Shown: positions 12,911 to 25,457 of the stretch, piece by piece
Position numbering within the stretch: the first letter of the stretch is position 1
How the letters are laid out: every line of letters starts with the position of its first letter
From: Octopus sinensis
Taxonomy: Eukaryota
Reading direction: 5' to 3'
Length of the DNA stretch: 64,000 nucleotides
Assembly: GCF_006345805.1 (NCBI RefSeq)
Contig: NC_042999.1
Location: forward strand, 111,104,001 to 111,168,000
Translations under genes and position numbers: made by a program
The notes under the pieces: model-generated
The model's database searches: none
The model's input: only the letters and a program-made list of their open reading frames with translations
Told to the model about the DNA's origin: nothing

Positions 12911-13675
12911 TATTACTCCACTCAAGACAATCAATTGGTTGTCCTTCAAGCAATTTCAAAAATGACAAAAGTCACCATGGTGTATTATTATATTCACTGT
13001 TGTACCTAAGTACATCTTTCGCGTTGCTTTTATCCATATTATATACGAAAAATCACCAAATCTATAAAGAAACACAATAAAGTCAAATTAAATGTAAAAT
13101 ATACTTTAGCCAGAAAATTCTCAGAAATGTCTGCATTCCTAAAGGCAAGAAATACAAGCAATTCGTAAAGTCAACTAAATCAAGGACACTATATAATTTA
13201 ATTTAAATCTAAAAATCTTCATAGCTTAAAATTTCACACGATATCAAATTGCTTACATTTTTTAACTGTATATAAAATTTAAAAAAATCAGAAAACATAA
13301 CTAGTGTACTAGAAATGGATGACTAATAAATGTTTGATAATGGCATTGAGGATAATTTGTCATTCTTTAAATTTCACTGTTCTTTTCTTTTGTAATTCAT
13401 CTGTTGTAATTGTTTCAGTCTTCGGATTGAAGCTACACTGGCGCCACCTTTAATAGTTTTAATCGATTATATATGTCCCAGTAGTTTGTCAAGTATTTAT
13501 TTTATCGATCTCATGTAGTACAACTTCAAAAGTCACCTTGCACTTAACCGAGACCGAACCAGTACCACGAGACTATCGTGTTCGGCAGACCGAACCGTCT
13601 ATCTTTTATCGACAAACATGTAAAACATACGTATATATTTCTCTCTTTCTCTATATGTGCGTGTGCGTGTATATA

Positions 13676-14390
13676 CACGAGGTGGTATCAAAAACTTCCC
13701 GGACTAGTTATGTTTAATAAAAAAAAAAACTTACCTTAGTTTTAACATCCTTTCCTTCGAAAAAGTCACCTTGCGCAGCAATGCACAGTCTTCAGCGTTC
13801 CTGCCACTTGTGGAATCCGGTCTGGAAGTCATTTTCCGTAAGCGAGTCGAGGACTTTCTACAATTCATTCTGGATTTTGATAATGGTTTTAAACAGCGAC
13901 TGTTGAGCTGTGTTTTCATCCCGGGGAAGAGATAGAAGTCCTCAGATGTTAAATATGGCGAATATGGCGGATGTGGAGGCGATACTATGTCGTTTTTAGC
14001 GAGAAACTCCCGAATGAGGAGAGCTCTCCGACGTGGTGCATTGTCGTCAAGAAGAATTCAATTCTTTGCGCTCCACAGATCCGGCTGCTTTCGCCAAATG
14101 TTCTCTCTCAAACGCATCAAAACATTGCTGTAGAACTTTCGATTGATGGTCTGGTACTGGGGGAATAATTCTTGATGCAAAATACCGCGGATGTCGGAAA
14201 AAACGATGAGCATGCTTTTAATTGAGCTGCGGTGCTGTCATGCCTTCTTCGGTCGTGGAGATTAAGGGTTCTTCAATTGTGGCGGCTGCTGCTTCGTCTC
14301 AGTGTCGTACTGGTAGACCCAACTCTCGTCACCGGAGATGATCCTCGACATGAAAGAGGGGTCATCAGTGGCACGCTGATGAGGATCTTA
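13676..14390 (-). mobile_element. Mariner transposase 3' remnant with one TIR
   Basis: Minus-strand translation shows DDPSFMSRIISGDESWVYQYD, LDDNAPR and PPHPPYSPYL, interrupted by stops. TA then CACGAGGTGGTATCAAAAACTTCCCGGACT terminus at 13674-13705. Confidence 0.9.
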
Positions 14391-14419
14391 ACAGACTTCG
14401 ACTAATTCTTCAATTGTAT

Positions 14420-14451
14420 GTAACACGGGCAACGCCGGATATCTCTGCTAG
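14420..14451 (+). mobile_element. Helitron-type 3' terminus
   Basis: ACGGGCAACGCCGG hairpin-like motif followed by CTAG and then T. Matches the 3' end of the 31735-32127 element. Confidence 0.55.
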
Positions 14452-14452
14452 T

Positions 14453-14491
<39 letters not shown>

Positions 14492-14566
14492 TTGAGTTGT
14501 GGGGTATCGCACGAGTGGGATTATATATGAAAAAAGGTTTGAAAATGCAATTTAAACGATGTTTAT

Positions 14567-14611
14567 TTACTTAACCGGTTTCACTCTTTGGTAAAAGATT
14601 GTCAAAAGTAA
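14567..14611 (-). ncRNA. Minimal type I hammerhead motif, U3-A8 variant (sense to the PLE)
   Basis: TTACTT-TTGACAA-TCTTTTACCAAAGAGT-GAAAC-CG-GTT-AAGTAA. 6-bp stem I and palindromic stem III AACCGGTT. Confidence 0.7.
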
Positions 14612-16653
14612 CTTTGAATATTATGGGTTCAAAAAAAGTTTTTACATAATTGTCACATTGAATATTATGAATTCAAAAATGTTTTTTTATGCATAATTGT
14701 CACATTACATGTATAAATATAGTATAAAAAAGTTCAATAGTATGATGAGAATATTTGGAAAAATTGGCAGAAAAGAATAAAACAAATATATTATTGGAAA
14801 TTTGGTTGCGTTAATTATTGGTTGTCGCAAATTGTCACATTACATGTATATATATACAGTCTTTGGTAGAAAGGACATGTTAAAGACATAAGGAAGTGTA
14901 ATAGTTTGGTGAGAAAGCTTGTAATATTGACAGAGAAAATTAAAATGGATATTTTAGACATCTCAGAATATTTTGAATCGAAGGCGAGAATTTGTTTTTT
15001 ACTGACCTGTTTGTTTTAGCAGAAAAGTTGGATTGAGAGAAAAAAAGATATGTACCCAGTTTGGTTTATACTTCCCCTTCAAGCATCAGTGATTTGGGGG
15101 TTATTGGGAGGTGAGTATGCGGGTGTGAATAGATGTGTCCGTGTGCCTGCTGGTCAGACAGCGTCTGTTTGTCACACACATATATACACACACACACAAC
15201 AACAATACACACACACATAGTATACACACACACACACCACATACACACAACACACACACAGAAACACACACACACAACGCACCCACATATATAATATATA
15301 CACACAGCACACAAATATAACATGTATTTATATATAATATACACATATATATATACACACACACACACACAACACACACACACACACACACACACACAAC
15401 ACACGCACACATATATATATATACACATATATATATATATACACATACAATACACATACACAGCATGTATATATACACATACAATACACATACACAGCAT
15501 GTATATAATACACATACACAATATATGCATGCAATATACATACGCAATACATACATATAATATATATATATAGACAATGCATATACATATATACATATAT
15601 ACACATAAATAGTGTTTACATACACATACATAGATATACCACATATACACACAATATACATACATACAATGCATACACATACACGTACGCATACATATAA
15701 TATATATAGACACACACACACATAACATACATACACAATGCATACATATATATACACGCAACGTATATACATGTATTCATGTATATATAGCACACTTACA
15801 ATATACATATATACAATGCACACATACACACATATATACACTTAATTGTACACATACATATACAGTACACATACATACAATATACATATACACAATGCGC
15901 ATGCAAATAATGCACATGTTTATACACACATATACATGAAAATATATATACACACACACACATACACACACACATATATATATATACACATATATATATA
16001 TATATATACATATACATACATACATACATGCACATACATATATTTTTTCACACACATACACACACATATATATATAAAATTCACACACACACCCACACAC
16101 ACAAAATACAAACCTATAGCGTACACACTCAAATATATCTCTACATACCGCACACACACACAAACAATGTACTCACATATACACACATACCATGCATATA
16201 CACACACAGCACACACACATATATATATATATAAAAACAAATACACATGTAAATACATACACACGTACACAATGCTCACACACACACACACACATACACA
16301 CACACACGCACACAGTGCACACACACACACACACACATATATACACACGTGCACACACACACACACAACGCGCGCACACACACACACATACACACACGCA
16401 CACACACACACACATACATATACACACGCGCACACACACAACGTGCACACTCACACACACACACACAACACCCACACACATACATAACCTACATATATAT
16501 AATGCATGCGTGTGCGTGCCACGTATGTGTGCGGTCAATGCCCGCTAGTGTGTCCTATGCGTGCCGATGCGCGCATGTGCCCGCCCGCACGATATGCTGT
16601 GAGTGTGCGCGTGCCCCTGTGTGCCTGCTCTGGATGTGTGCCCAGGGGGTATG

Positions 16654-17061
16654 TTAGAGTATGTTTAGTTGTGGTCTGTATTTTTGAATAAGATTACATT
16701 CCTTATTTATTCGTGTTTGGTCTGTGGTGTTGTCCGAGCATTGGTATAGTGGGAAGACTAAGAATTTGGGGGACTTATTGTGTGCACAAAGGTCTAAGTG
16801 TCCACTTAGTGGTATCTGTCTTGTGGAGGGGTCCCTCAGTTGTTGTCGGTGAACTGTCATTCTTTCTCTGAGGGTAAGGCTCGTTTGCCCTATGTAGTCT
16901 TCGTGGCATTCTTCACACCTTATGACGTAGAGTAAATTTTTTGATGCGCACGTGAAATTATTTTTTATAATGAATGTGTGTCCCGAGTGGAACTTGTACG
17001 ACGATCCCTCAATGAAGGGGAAGTATAAACCAAACTGGGTACATATCTTTTTTTCTCTCAA
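16654..17061 (-). CDS. GIY-YIG endonuclease domain of a Penelope-like retroelement (truncated; first about 16 codons come from the inverted pLTR)
   Basis: FTCASKNLLYVIRCEECHEDYIGQT...LRERMTVHR...GHL...E...Q..PQLN, i.e. the LLY...YIG-R-H-E-N pattern of PLE GIY-YIG domains. Confidence 0.9.
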   Translation of the reverse strand: MREKKICTQFGLYFPFIEGSSYKFHSGHTFIIKNNFTCASKNLLYVIRCEECHEDYIGQTSLTLRERMTVHRQQLRDPSTRQIPLSGHLDLCAHNKSPKFLVFPLYQCSDNTTDQTRINKECNLIQKYRPQLNIL

Positions 17062-17483
17062 TCCAACTTTTCTGCTAAAACAAACAGGTCAGTAAAAAAC
17101 AAATTCTCGCCTTCGATTCAAAATATTCTGAGATGTCTAAAATATCCATTTTCATTTTCTCTGTCAATATTACAAGCTTTCTCACCAAACTATTACACTT
17201 CCTTATGTCTTTAACATGTCCTTTCTACCAAAGACTGTATATATATACATGTAATGTGACAATTTGCGACAACCAATAATTAACGCAACCAAATTTCCAA
17301 TAATATATTTGTTTTATTCTTTTCTGCCAATTTTTCCAAATATTCTCATCATACTATTGAACTTTTTTATACTATATTTATACATGTAATGTGACAATTA
17401 TGTATAAAAAAACATTTTTGAATTCATAATATTCAATGTGACAATTATGTAAAAAACTTTTTTTGAACCCATAATATTCAAAG

Positions 17484-17528
17484 TTACTTTTGACAATCTT
17501 TTACCAAAGAGTGAAACCGGTTAAGTAA
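17484..17528 (+). ncRNA. Second copy of the U3-A8 hammerhead motif, in the inverted pLTR
   Basis: Exact reverse complement of 14567-14611. Confidence 0.7.
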
Positions 17529-17562
17529 ATAAACATCGTTTAAATTGCATTTTCAAACCTTT

Positions 17563-17584
<22 letters not shown>

Positions 17585-17596
<12 letters not shown>

Positions 17597-17900
17597 CTGA
17601 GAATGTGTGTGTGTCTGTCTGTCTGTGTGTTTCCCTAAAACTTGAGAACTACACAACCAATTTCATTCAAATTTTACACATGCTTTACTTAGGGTCCATG
17701 TAGTTTCATGGGCATAAAACTTGTTCAACTTCTTGCCTAGGGCGAGCCCATAGCAATATCATATCTTCTCCACTATTTCAGTATTACATGTTAAAAGTGA
17801 AACAAAAACATTTCTCTATTTCATGTCAGATACTTTCACTTTAACAATAAAAGTTAGAGATAATAATAACAATTGAATTATATGTAGTAATTAATAATTA
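17585..17900 (+). mobile_element. Probable Helitron-like non-autonomous element, 5' segment
   Basis: TATATAACTGAGAATG start, then a TGTC microsatellite and ACAACCAATTTCATTCAAATTTTAC. This architecture is typical of DINE/HINE-like elements. No 3' end located. Confidence 0.4.
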
Positions 17901-18476
17901 AAATCAAACTAAAGTATAATATAATCGTAACATAACAAAAGTAAAAATACCAATTGGTATAAAATTGCATCAATGACTGAACTTGAATAAGTGGTTTCAC
18001 ATGAATGGGAATAAATTAAAAATAAATTAGCGTGCAGAAATGGAATAGTCCAGATGGAGCTGTGCATATACCGTTTACCACGGCTTTTATATTAGATTAT
18101 CTGCTAATTAGCTCGCATTAAGTATCTATATGAAGTTTGGCTGTATGTAATGTCTGTTTTCTCGAATAGCCGCTTCTACTGAGTACTGCTGTTGGTTTAT
18201 TTCTTATACATAAAGGACTATAGCTTCAACTGCGTACTGATTTTTGATTCACCGTAAGGTTTGTTGTTATTATTATTACTGTTTAACTATTGTTATCACG
18301 TTTGTTGGTTCCTCGTAAGGGAAACGTTGTTGTGTTGCATTTGTTAAATAATTGTAAACCGTAACCCTGCCCATTTGGGAGAAGGAGCTTTGGTTATTGT
18401 TTAAAAATTCAACTGTGTCCCTGTTTGGGGAAGTTGACAATATTTTCACCGTTTACACGGAAGCATTTTTGTTAGA

Positions 18477-18890
18477 ATGCCTTCGATAGAAAAAAGTCCA
18501 AAAATGAATTTCGCTGCAGCCGTCGGCGGGAGCGAACTCATTAAAATTAAAATGGAAGAAATGCAAACCTATTTCGGATTGATCACCTACAAAGACGCTG
18601 AATCTAGGATAACACCACCAAACGAAATAAAAAATTAAATTAAAGAAAAAACTATTGTCTATAAAGTGTACAATGTAGAGAAAAAAAAGATTTGAACACC
18701 TGGAGGAAAGCACCATCGAAAAGTGTCTTGGTGCGACTATGAAAGATATCTAACCAGAGGCGGTAAATTCGCCACAATAGAAGCAAGGTTCGAGTCAACG
18801 GAGCGTGCAAGGGAGTACTCGACTCGAACCTTGCAAAGTGGAAATATTTTATTTTTACCTTAATATCTGGAATGTAGGACGTCCCGGATA
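18477..18890 (+). pseudogene. Degenerate coding remnant, probably ORF1 (gag-like) of a retroelement
   Basis: Protein-like reading with isolated stops: MPSIEKSPKMNFAAAVGG...EESTIEKCLGATMKDI, then RGGKFATIEARFESTERAREYSTRTLQ after a frameshift. Family assignment is from recalled similarity only. Confidence 0.4.
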
Positions 18891-20599
18891 AAAATTAAAA
18901 ATGCCCCCCCCCATAAGTAGAGGTAGGCTGGATTGTAGCCACACTTCTATACAAGAGGGAGGACAAGATACAATTGATCGAAATTGCAAGAGACGGGCCT
19001 ACAATTCCAGTCTGTTATATATTTTGAGTATTGTTATCACTAGCGATATCAAGATATAACTTTGTATTTTGTATTTTATGTGTAGATGTATATATATATA
19101 GATTTACATGTAATATGTACACATATATATATATACATATATAAATACACTAGCACTATGACCCGGCTTACATAAGCCTGCATGAATATGTGCAAATACA
19201 TAGCCAACCTTGACCTACTGAGATATAAGAATGGAACTTTTTTATCCGTTCGACATTCAAAATTCCTACTGTGAAGATCGCTTTTTATATACCTCCTGAA
19301 GTGAATACAATCTAGGCCAAACTCACAGTGTTGACAAATAGCAACAAATTTTCCAGTCTTTTGGAAGATAAGAAGAAGTAGCTTCTCTCTGCCTCCATTT
19401 TAACGCTCAGAAATACGTATGGCCAATTAGTTGAAAAATGTTGCACGTTGAAATCTTACCAGCATTTTCCTTTTGTTGTTCGGTCTACTTCGTCTCCTTT
19501 TCCACTTTTAAACCACCATCACCACCACTGCCCCTCCACCAACTACCACCACCATCACCACAACTATCATCATTAAATTCATCATCGTTGTCATCATCAT
19601 TATGCACCTCTTTTTCATCGTCAACATCATCATCATCATTAGCAGCGGCAACAATAGCATTATCACGTGATAAATTCTTCATTTTGTACAATTTTCTTTT
19701 GCCAGTACATTTTTTCTTCATCTTCTTCTGCTTCTTCACATTATCATAATTTTCCACGCTCAATAGCTTCTTATCATTCCATAATCAGGAATAACCGAGC
19801 AACTCTTGAAATGTTCTCCTCTCTCTTGAGCAGAATAATTCAAAAGAAGAAGATGAGTGTCCAAGTTGTTTGACGTCTGAAGACAAGAGCTACGGATAAG
19901 TAGTTGCCTGCTTCAATAGATGTGACCAACATCTGTTTGCTTGCGCAAAAAGAAATGATCATATGAACTCTAGAAGTATGTGTTATCACATCTGTCTATA
20001 CAGAAAAGCGCGCGCTCGCGTGCTCACACACATGGATATATATTAATATATATGGATATATATACATATATATGAAGTTGGAAAGAAAATCCCGTCGCGT
20101 TTCAAAATAGAAAAGAATCAGATGCTTCTTTGGTCTTACTTGATATATTTAATGAATACAATATTTCCCCTCATTATTGATAGTATAATCTCAGGAATTT
20201 GGCAAATAGATGAATCTTTGAGCATGAAACTCTTCGGATTTCGAAGCAAATAATTACTCAATATCTTATATTTCTTCACAATTAATATACATTTTTCCTT
20301 CTTAATTAACGTTGCAATGATCTGAAAAATTGATAATCAAATGGAACATAGTGGAGAGAGTAAAGAGAATGATACAAAATTTCCATATTTAATGCCACAA
20401 TCTTTTCCTGGGTGACATGAGCAATATGTGGTCTTGTTTTATCGTATAAGCGCAATGCCATTTTACCATTGTCGTACGAGAAAAGGTTTGGCTGAAAATT
20501 TTTATGTAATGCTTCGCATTAGCGGTTTCGTTTTGGTTTCATACTTCATGATAAATGACACCCTTCGTAACACATTAATCCAATCAAACACAGAAAATG

Positions 20600-21000
20600 A
20601 ATTGTTTTGTGTACAGTCTTGATTTAGGTATAGATATATTCTATTTTCATTGGGTGATAACCTTTGCAGTTTTCATTGTATATGGCTACCGAAAACCTTC
20701 CATCTGTAGAAGGTCGGGTAGCAAGTCTTCTCTTCAACGAAGTGCAGGAAGCAATTTTTTCATTAAGCGAATGAAGCAGTCAAATGATGAGGGAGCCACT
20801 GAACAATTTTGGACACTTCATAGGCTTTTTCTGATTGAAATGTGAGTTGAATTGAGCTACTTTTGCTAACTCTTACACAGTTTGTTTAGGGTTTTGTTCG
20901 ACTACGACTTTCCAAATCTTAATATTGACAGAAGTTGCCGTCCACATCAAGGAGATTCTGTGAGAGAAAACTTTTCAGAGTGAAACAGGCTTAACAATCG
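20600..21000 (-). pseudogene. Old mariner transposase remnant (N-terminal half)
   Basis: Minus-strand pieces SEKFSLTESP, VVVEQNPKQTV and YEVSKIVQWLPHHLT (WVPHEL motif variant). Confidence 0.65.
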
Positions 21001-22727
21001 ATGGTATGTCAGGACTTTTAAAGCTACATTTCGATAGAGAAAACGAATTTTCCTCGCTGTTTACATTACTAGAGATCCCCTTTTAATTCATTACAGCGGG
21101 TTGTATCTGATATGGATCTGATCTAAACTTCTTCGAAAGTAATGCAAAAACGGACGTAACGTTTTATTAAGTGACTAGGCCGGTTAGATTGTAAATATTG
21201 GCAGAGAGTAATTTTCATCTATTGTAACATTTCCTTCTGGTTTTCTTTACAGGCAAATTATAGATTCCAATGTGTCAATAAAATAAAGCACCCTATTAAA
21301 TAATGGGCTCAATGAAACTGATTGCCCTCAAAATTACTGCCTTTATAACTAAAATGGTAATGAAAAGCATATTTGGGACGTTAAAGCATTAGTGTGGAGC
21401 TTTTAAATCTTTTGTATTTTGAACCTGAAGGTACGCTTTATGAGGTGCGATTTTGTTTGAATATACATGTGCCAGACGCAAAAGCAGATAGCTATATTTT
21501 TTAATGTTTATGACTAAAAATAACGTTGCAGTTCTATATTTGAGAGATGAGGAATTAGTGATTCAAGAAAAACTGGTGACAGACACGTATCTAAAAGAGT
21601 GCACTAGTATACCAATAGGAAACTTGATGAAAATGTTGACATTCTGTGTAGAAACTACCTACTTCAGAATGGTCACTGATACATATCGACAAGGTTTAGC
21701 TATGGGTTCGCCATTATCACCGATAATAGCCATGGAATATTTTGAGAATTTGGCTATAGGATCAACACCACTAAAACCAACCCCATAGCTGCGATATGTT
21801 GATGACATCTTTATACTCTGGCCCCACCAGGAAGATATCCAAGTACTTTTAGATCATGTGAACTCAATAAAGCCATCCGTACAGTTCACAGCGGAAAAGG
21901 AAAAGGACAATCAGCTAGCATTCCTGGACGTATTAAGAACACGCACCAAGTATGGATCCAGGACATCCGTAGACCACAAGCCAACCTTCACTGGACGATA
22001 CCTCAGCTTCGATTCCCACCATCCATACAGTGTAACGAGAGGGGTTGCTCAGTGCCTAAAACATCAAGCTAAAAATATAAGTAGGGAACCTGATACACAC
22101 CACGAAGAAATGATCAAGCTCAATAACAATCTATTAAGCAACAACTACCCCCAAAACATACTATCTAATCCATTTATGAAGAGAAGAGGAGATGAAACCC
22201 ATAAACTGACCACAGTCTGTCTATCCTATGAGAAAGGCCTCTCCGAAAAGATACAAAAGATATGAGTCCCATATGACATCAGGACAGTATTCAAGAGTAA
22301 TACAACACTTCGCAAATATCTCCTTCGAGTAAAACCACCAATAAAAGAGAATATGACCAAAGACTGCGTGTACTCCATCCCATGCAGCTGTGGTAGATTA
22401 TACAAAGATGAAACATGCCGCCCCCTCAAAATAATGATAGAAGAACATCGCAAAGCTGTGACATGAGGAGATATTGATAAATTGGGTGTACCTGATTATG
22501 TATGGAAAAACAGAGACCAACTCCACACACTGGGATGAAGTTAAAATAATAGACAGAGAACACCACTAGAAAATACGAAAACTGTAAGAGGCAGCACATA
22601 TGCTAGGACATAATAACCTCCTAAGCAGACCTAGTGCAGTTATGAATAGCATATGGGAATCGGTATTAAGGAAGGATAGGAAAATATTAGATTTATAATC
22701 CCTAAAATTCATTCCATTATTGCCCAC

Positions 22728-22800
22728 GAGCATATGGTTTTAGTGGTTAAGAGCGTGGACTACTAACCCCAAAATTCCGAGTTCGATTCCATGCAGTGAC
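22728..22800 (+). promoter_or_regulatory. tRNA-derived segment with Pol III A and B boxes inside the PLE 3' region
   Basis: A-box-like TGGTTTTAGTGG 22735-22746, anticodon-loop-like CT-ACT-AA, B-box GTTCGATTCC 22781-22790. The acceptor stem does not close, so this is not a tRNA gene. Confidence 0.7.
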
Positions 22801-22879
22801 CTGAATAATAATAATGATAATAATAATAACATCGGAAAAATACCTTAGGAATGAGAACCAAAGTTCGAAATTCCCCCAG

Positions 22880-22925
22880 GACACATGATGAAGGCTGGAG
22901 AGAACATCAGCCAAAACTTAGTGTT
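22880..22925 (+). ncRNA. Degenerate type I hammerhead motif
   Basis: GACAC-ATGATGA-(A)GGCTG-GAGAGAACAT-CAGCC-AAAAC-TTA-GTGTT. Stems I and II are intact. Core positions C3 and G12 are mutated, and the stem III G is lost. Confidence 0.6.
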
Positions 22926-23858
22926 AACAACAAATAAGATGAGGACAAATGTAAACAATGTAAAAATACCGTTGTTTCTGCCAATCATCGAGCTCTGAAC
23001 TCAAAATCATGTGGTCGCCCTCTACCAGGCATTTAGTTAAAGGAAATTGTATCCACAAAAGTGTACCTGCGGATTTAAAACCTGCAACGAACCGTTTGAG
23101 ACTGTGTGAACGTTACCAGATATTATAGGCAATGACTTGAGATGGAAAAAGAACAAGAAGCTCTGTAACAGCTATTGACTGATGCGTGGTTCGAGTCTTC
23201 TCAAGTGGCATAATTTTATTTTATTTTTCTGTCCCAAATAAGTGATTGTAATGTCATATATCATTGACATAATTCGTATCTCAGACTTCACGAAGCATGC
23301 AGCATTTTAAAGAAAAGTAAAAAAAAAAAAGGGTTGACCATGCTAAGAATCATCAGTTATTCAATCCTTCGTTAGTTTAATTTATTTGAAAATTTAACAA
23401 ATGCATTTGCTCCAGTTTTTGAAATCCGCTCGACAAAACAGAATAAAATGTCTTTGGATTAAAATTAGTAGTCAATGAAACCATACTGTGTAAAAAGAAA
23501 AAAATATATCCAGTTCACAGTGTGTGGTTAGAACTGTAAATGACAAAGTATAGATATCTAAATTTACAGAAATATACAACCTATCTAGGATATGAAGGCG
23601 AAAGTAAGGAACAAAATATGAATATTAAAAAAGGCATTTGAAGTTTATTGTAATGGTTTAAATAATAAAAATCATTTGACAGTGAGTGACAGGTGTGAAA
23701 TTAAGCATTTACCTGGTTGCATATTAATATTTCATTACATTTAAAGAGAAAATAAAATTTGTATTTAAATATTAACATTTTTCTGTCGTATAATCAATAT
23801 CTGACAACTTTTTCTCTCAAAATTTTAACATTTCGTATTAGTCTTAAAATTTTTGTGC

Positions 23859-23898
<40 letters not shown>

Positions 23899-23938
23899 TT
23901 TTACTTGTTTCAGTTATTTGACTGCGGCCATGCAAATG

Positions 23939-23971
<33 letters not shown>

Positions 23972-25240
23972 CGGTGTCTATTAATTCATCTTGTTTGAAA
24001 ATATTACTGGTCACCATAAATATTAAATGTTCCATGTATCATCGATGAAAGCCGTATTACATTCATTTTTATGAAAGTCTTCAGTGAAAGATGTCTTTTC
24101 AGCAGGAAGAAACGTCTCGAACATTTTTCCTTTTAGTTTTTCAGCTATATTTCACAGAAATACATCTATCAAAACATAATGAATGAATAAATAAAAGTAA
24201 AATGATAAAAGGAAAGAAAAGGAGTTAAGTATACTTTTAATTAGAATTTACCTAGGGTTTTGATTTTGTGACCACTGTCAAGTTATAACTTATTTTCACC
24301 CCGTTGGTTTATTATTCATATAAATATGGGTGAGAGTTGCTCCTCCCTGAACCAATACACACCACGAATTGATTCTCACTTCTTTGACACACTTCCATAA
24401 CACAAACTCACCAAAGAAGCCTCTATGTGGTCGTTCGCTAGGCAAGAAATAGCTGCAAAATTTCATTGCGATCACACTTCAGCATCTTAAAAATGAAAGA
24501 CATATTGGATAATGTATAGATGCACTATGCTTTAAAAAGTTACTACTACTACTACTACTACTACTACTACAGTCTTGCTGTATGATTGTTTAACCCCAGG
24601 TCAGTTTCGAATGACTAAACTTATAATGAAATGCATTGAGGCCGTGACTATCTCGTCCTTTTCGTACTTATTATTTGTAGGACCTATTTAGCATTAGGTT
24701 GAGTAATAAGTTGGTGCGCCGTGTTAAAATAATGCTTTTTTGAAATATATATATATTTTTTTTGTGGTGTGTGTTCATTCAGTTCATGTCATGTTCAATG
24801 GTGACTTACGGCGCACGAACTTTTGTCTTCAACCTAGTATTTGTGTCCTTCTTTGTATAGACAATAGAGTGTGTATTACATGATGGAGATTTGACTGCTA
24901 TATCTAGCAGGTCGACTATAGAATATCTTTCGTTGAGTAAGTTACGGATAAGAGTATATAACAAAATAAGTGTAATGTCTTTTAGTGATGTCGATATGCA
25001 AAATCGTGTAGTATATTTCAAGAGTGACCAAGTTACTGCCTAAGAAGAACCAGGAAATAAAGGATATTGCTTCATCTCTGACCGTTGAAGGTCCGTTCGT
25101 GAGACTTTATTTTGCAGTTAATACTTTAAAATCTGGTTGGTAGGATATTAAAATTATTTTGGGGAAAATATCGGTGAAACTCAATGTTATCTCGGGAACT
25201 ATACATATTAGCTTTAAGAGTGACTTACACCGTTATCATA

Positions 25241-25457
25241 CGAGGTGAGCTGAAAAATTCCTGGCATTAAGGGTATGATGAAAGGCCTTGTAGGAGGCCA
25301 AACCTTCCGAGTTCATTTAGAGGGCTTCGAAAAACTGAAGGACCGTATGCAATAAGTGTGTGAATCCGAGAGGAGAACATATTGAATAAAATCATAATTA
25401 ACTGATCCTCCTGTATTTTCTTTAACCCCAAAACAAGAATTTTTCAGCATTCCCTAG
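25241..25457 (+). mobile_element. Mariner-derived MITE
   Basis: TA flanks at 25239-40 and 25458-59. TIR-like GCTGAAAAATTCCTGG / CAAGAATTTTTCAGC. The interior retains transposase C-terminal codons. Confidence 0.85.

Larger units (their letters stand above)
14522..17573 (-). mobile_element. Young 5'-truncated Penelope-like element with inverted pLTR copy at its 5' end
   Basis: About 560-bp inverted repeat 14522-15081/17013-17573 (two substitutions seen by eye) enclosing the GIY-YIG coding end and about 1.3 kb of CA/TA mosaic. Each arm carries an HHR motif. An inverted 5' pLTR is a known PLE structure. Confidence 0.9.
21540..22950 (+). mobile_element. 5'-truncated Penelope-like element: RT plus GIY-YIG pseudogene plus 3' pLTR
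   Basis: Largely one frame with stops: RQGLAMGSPLSPII, LRYVDDIF, QLAFLDV, KPTFTGRYLSFDSHHP, CVYSIPCSCGRLYKDET...IEEH. Then a tRNA-like segment and a degenerate HHR. Confidence 0.9.
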
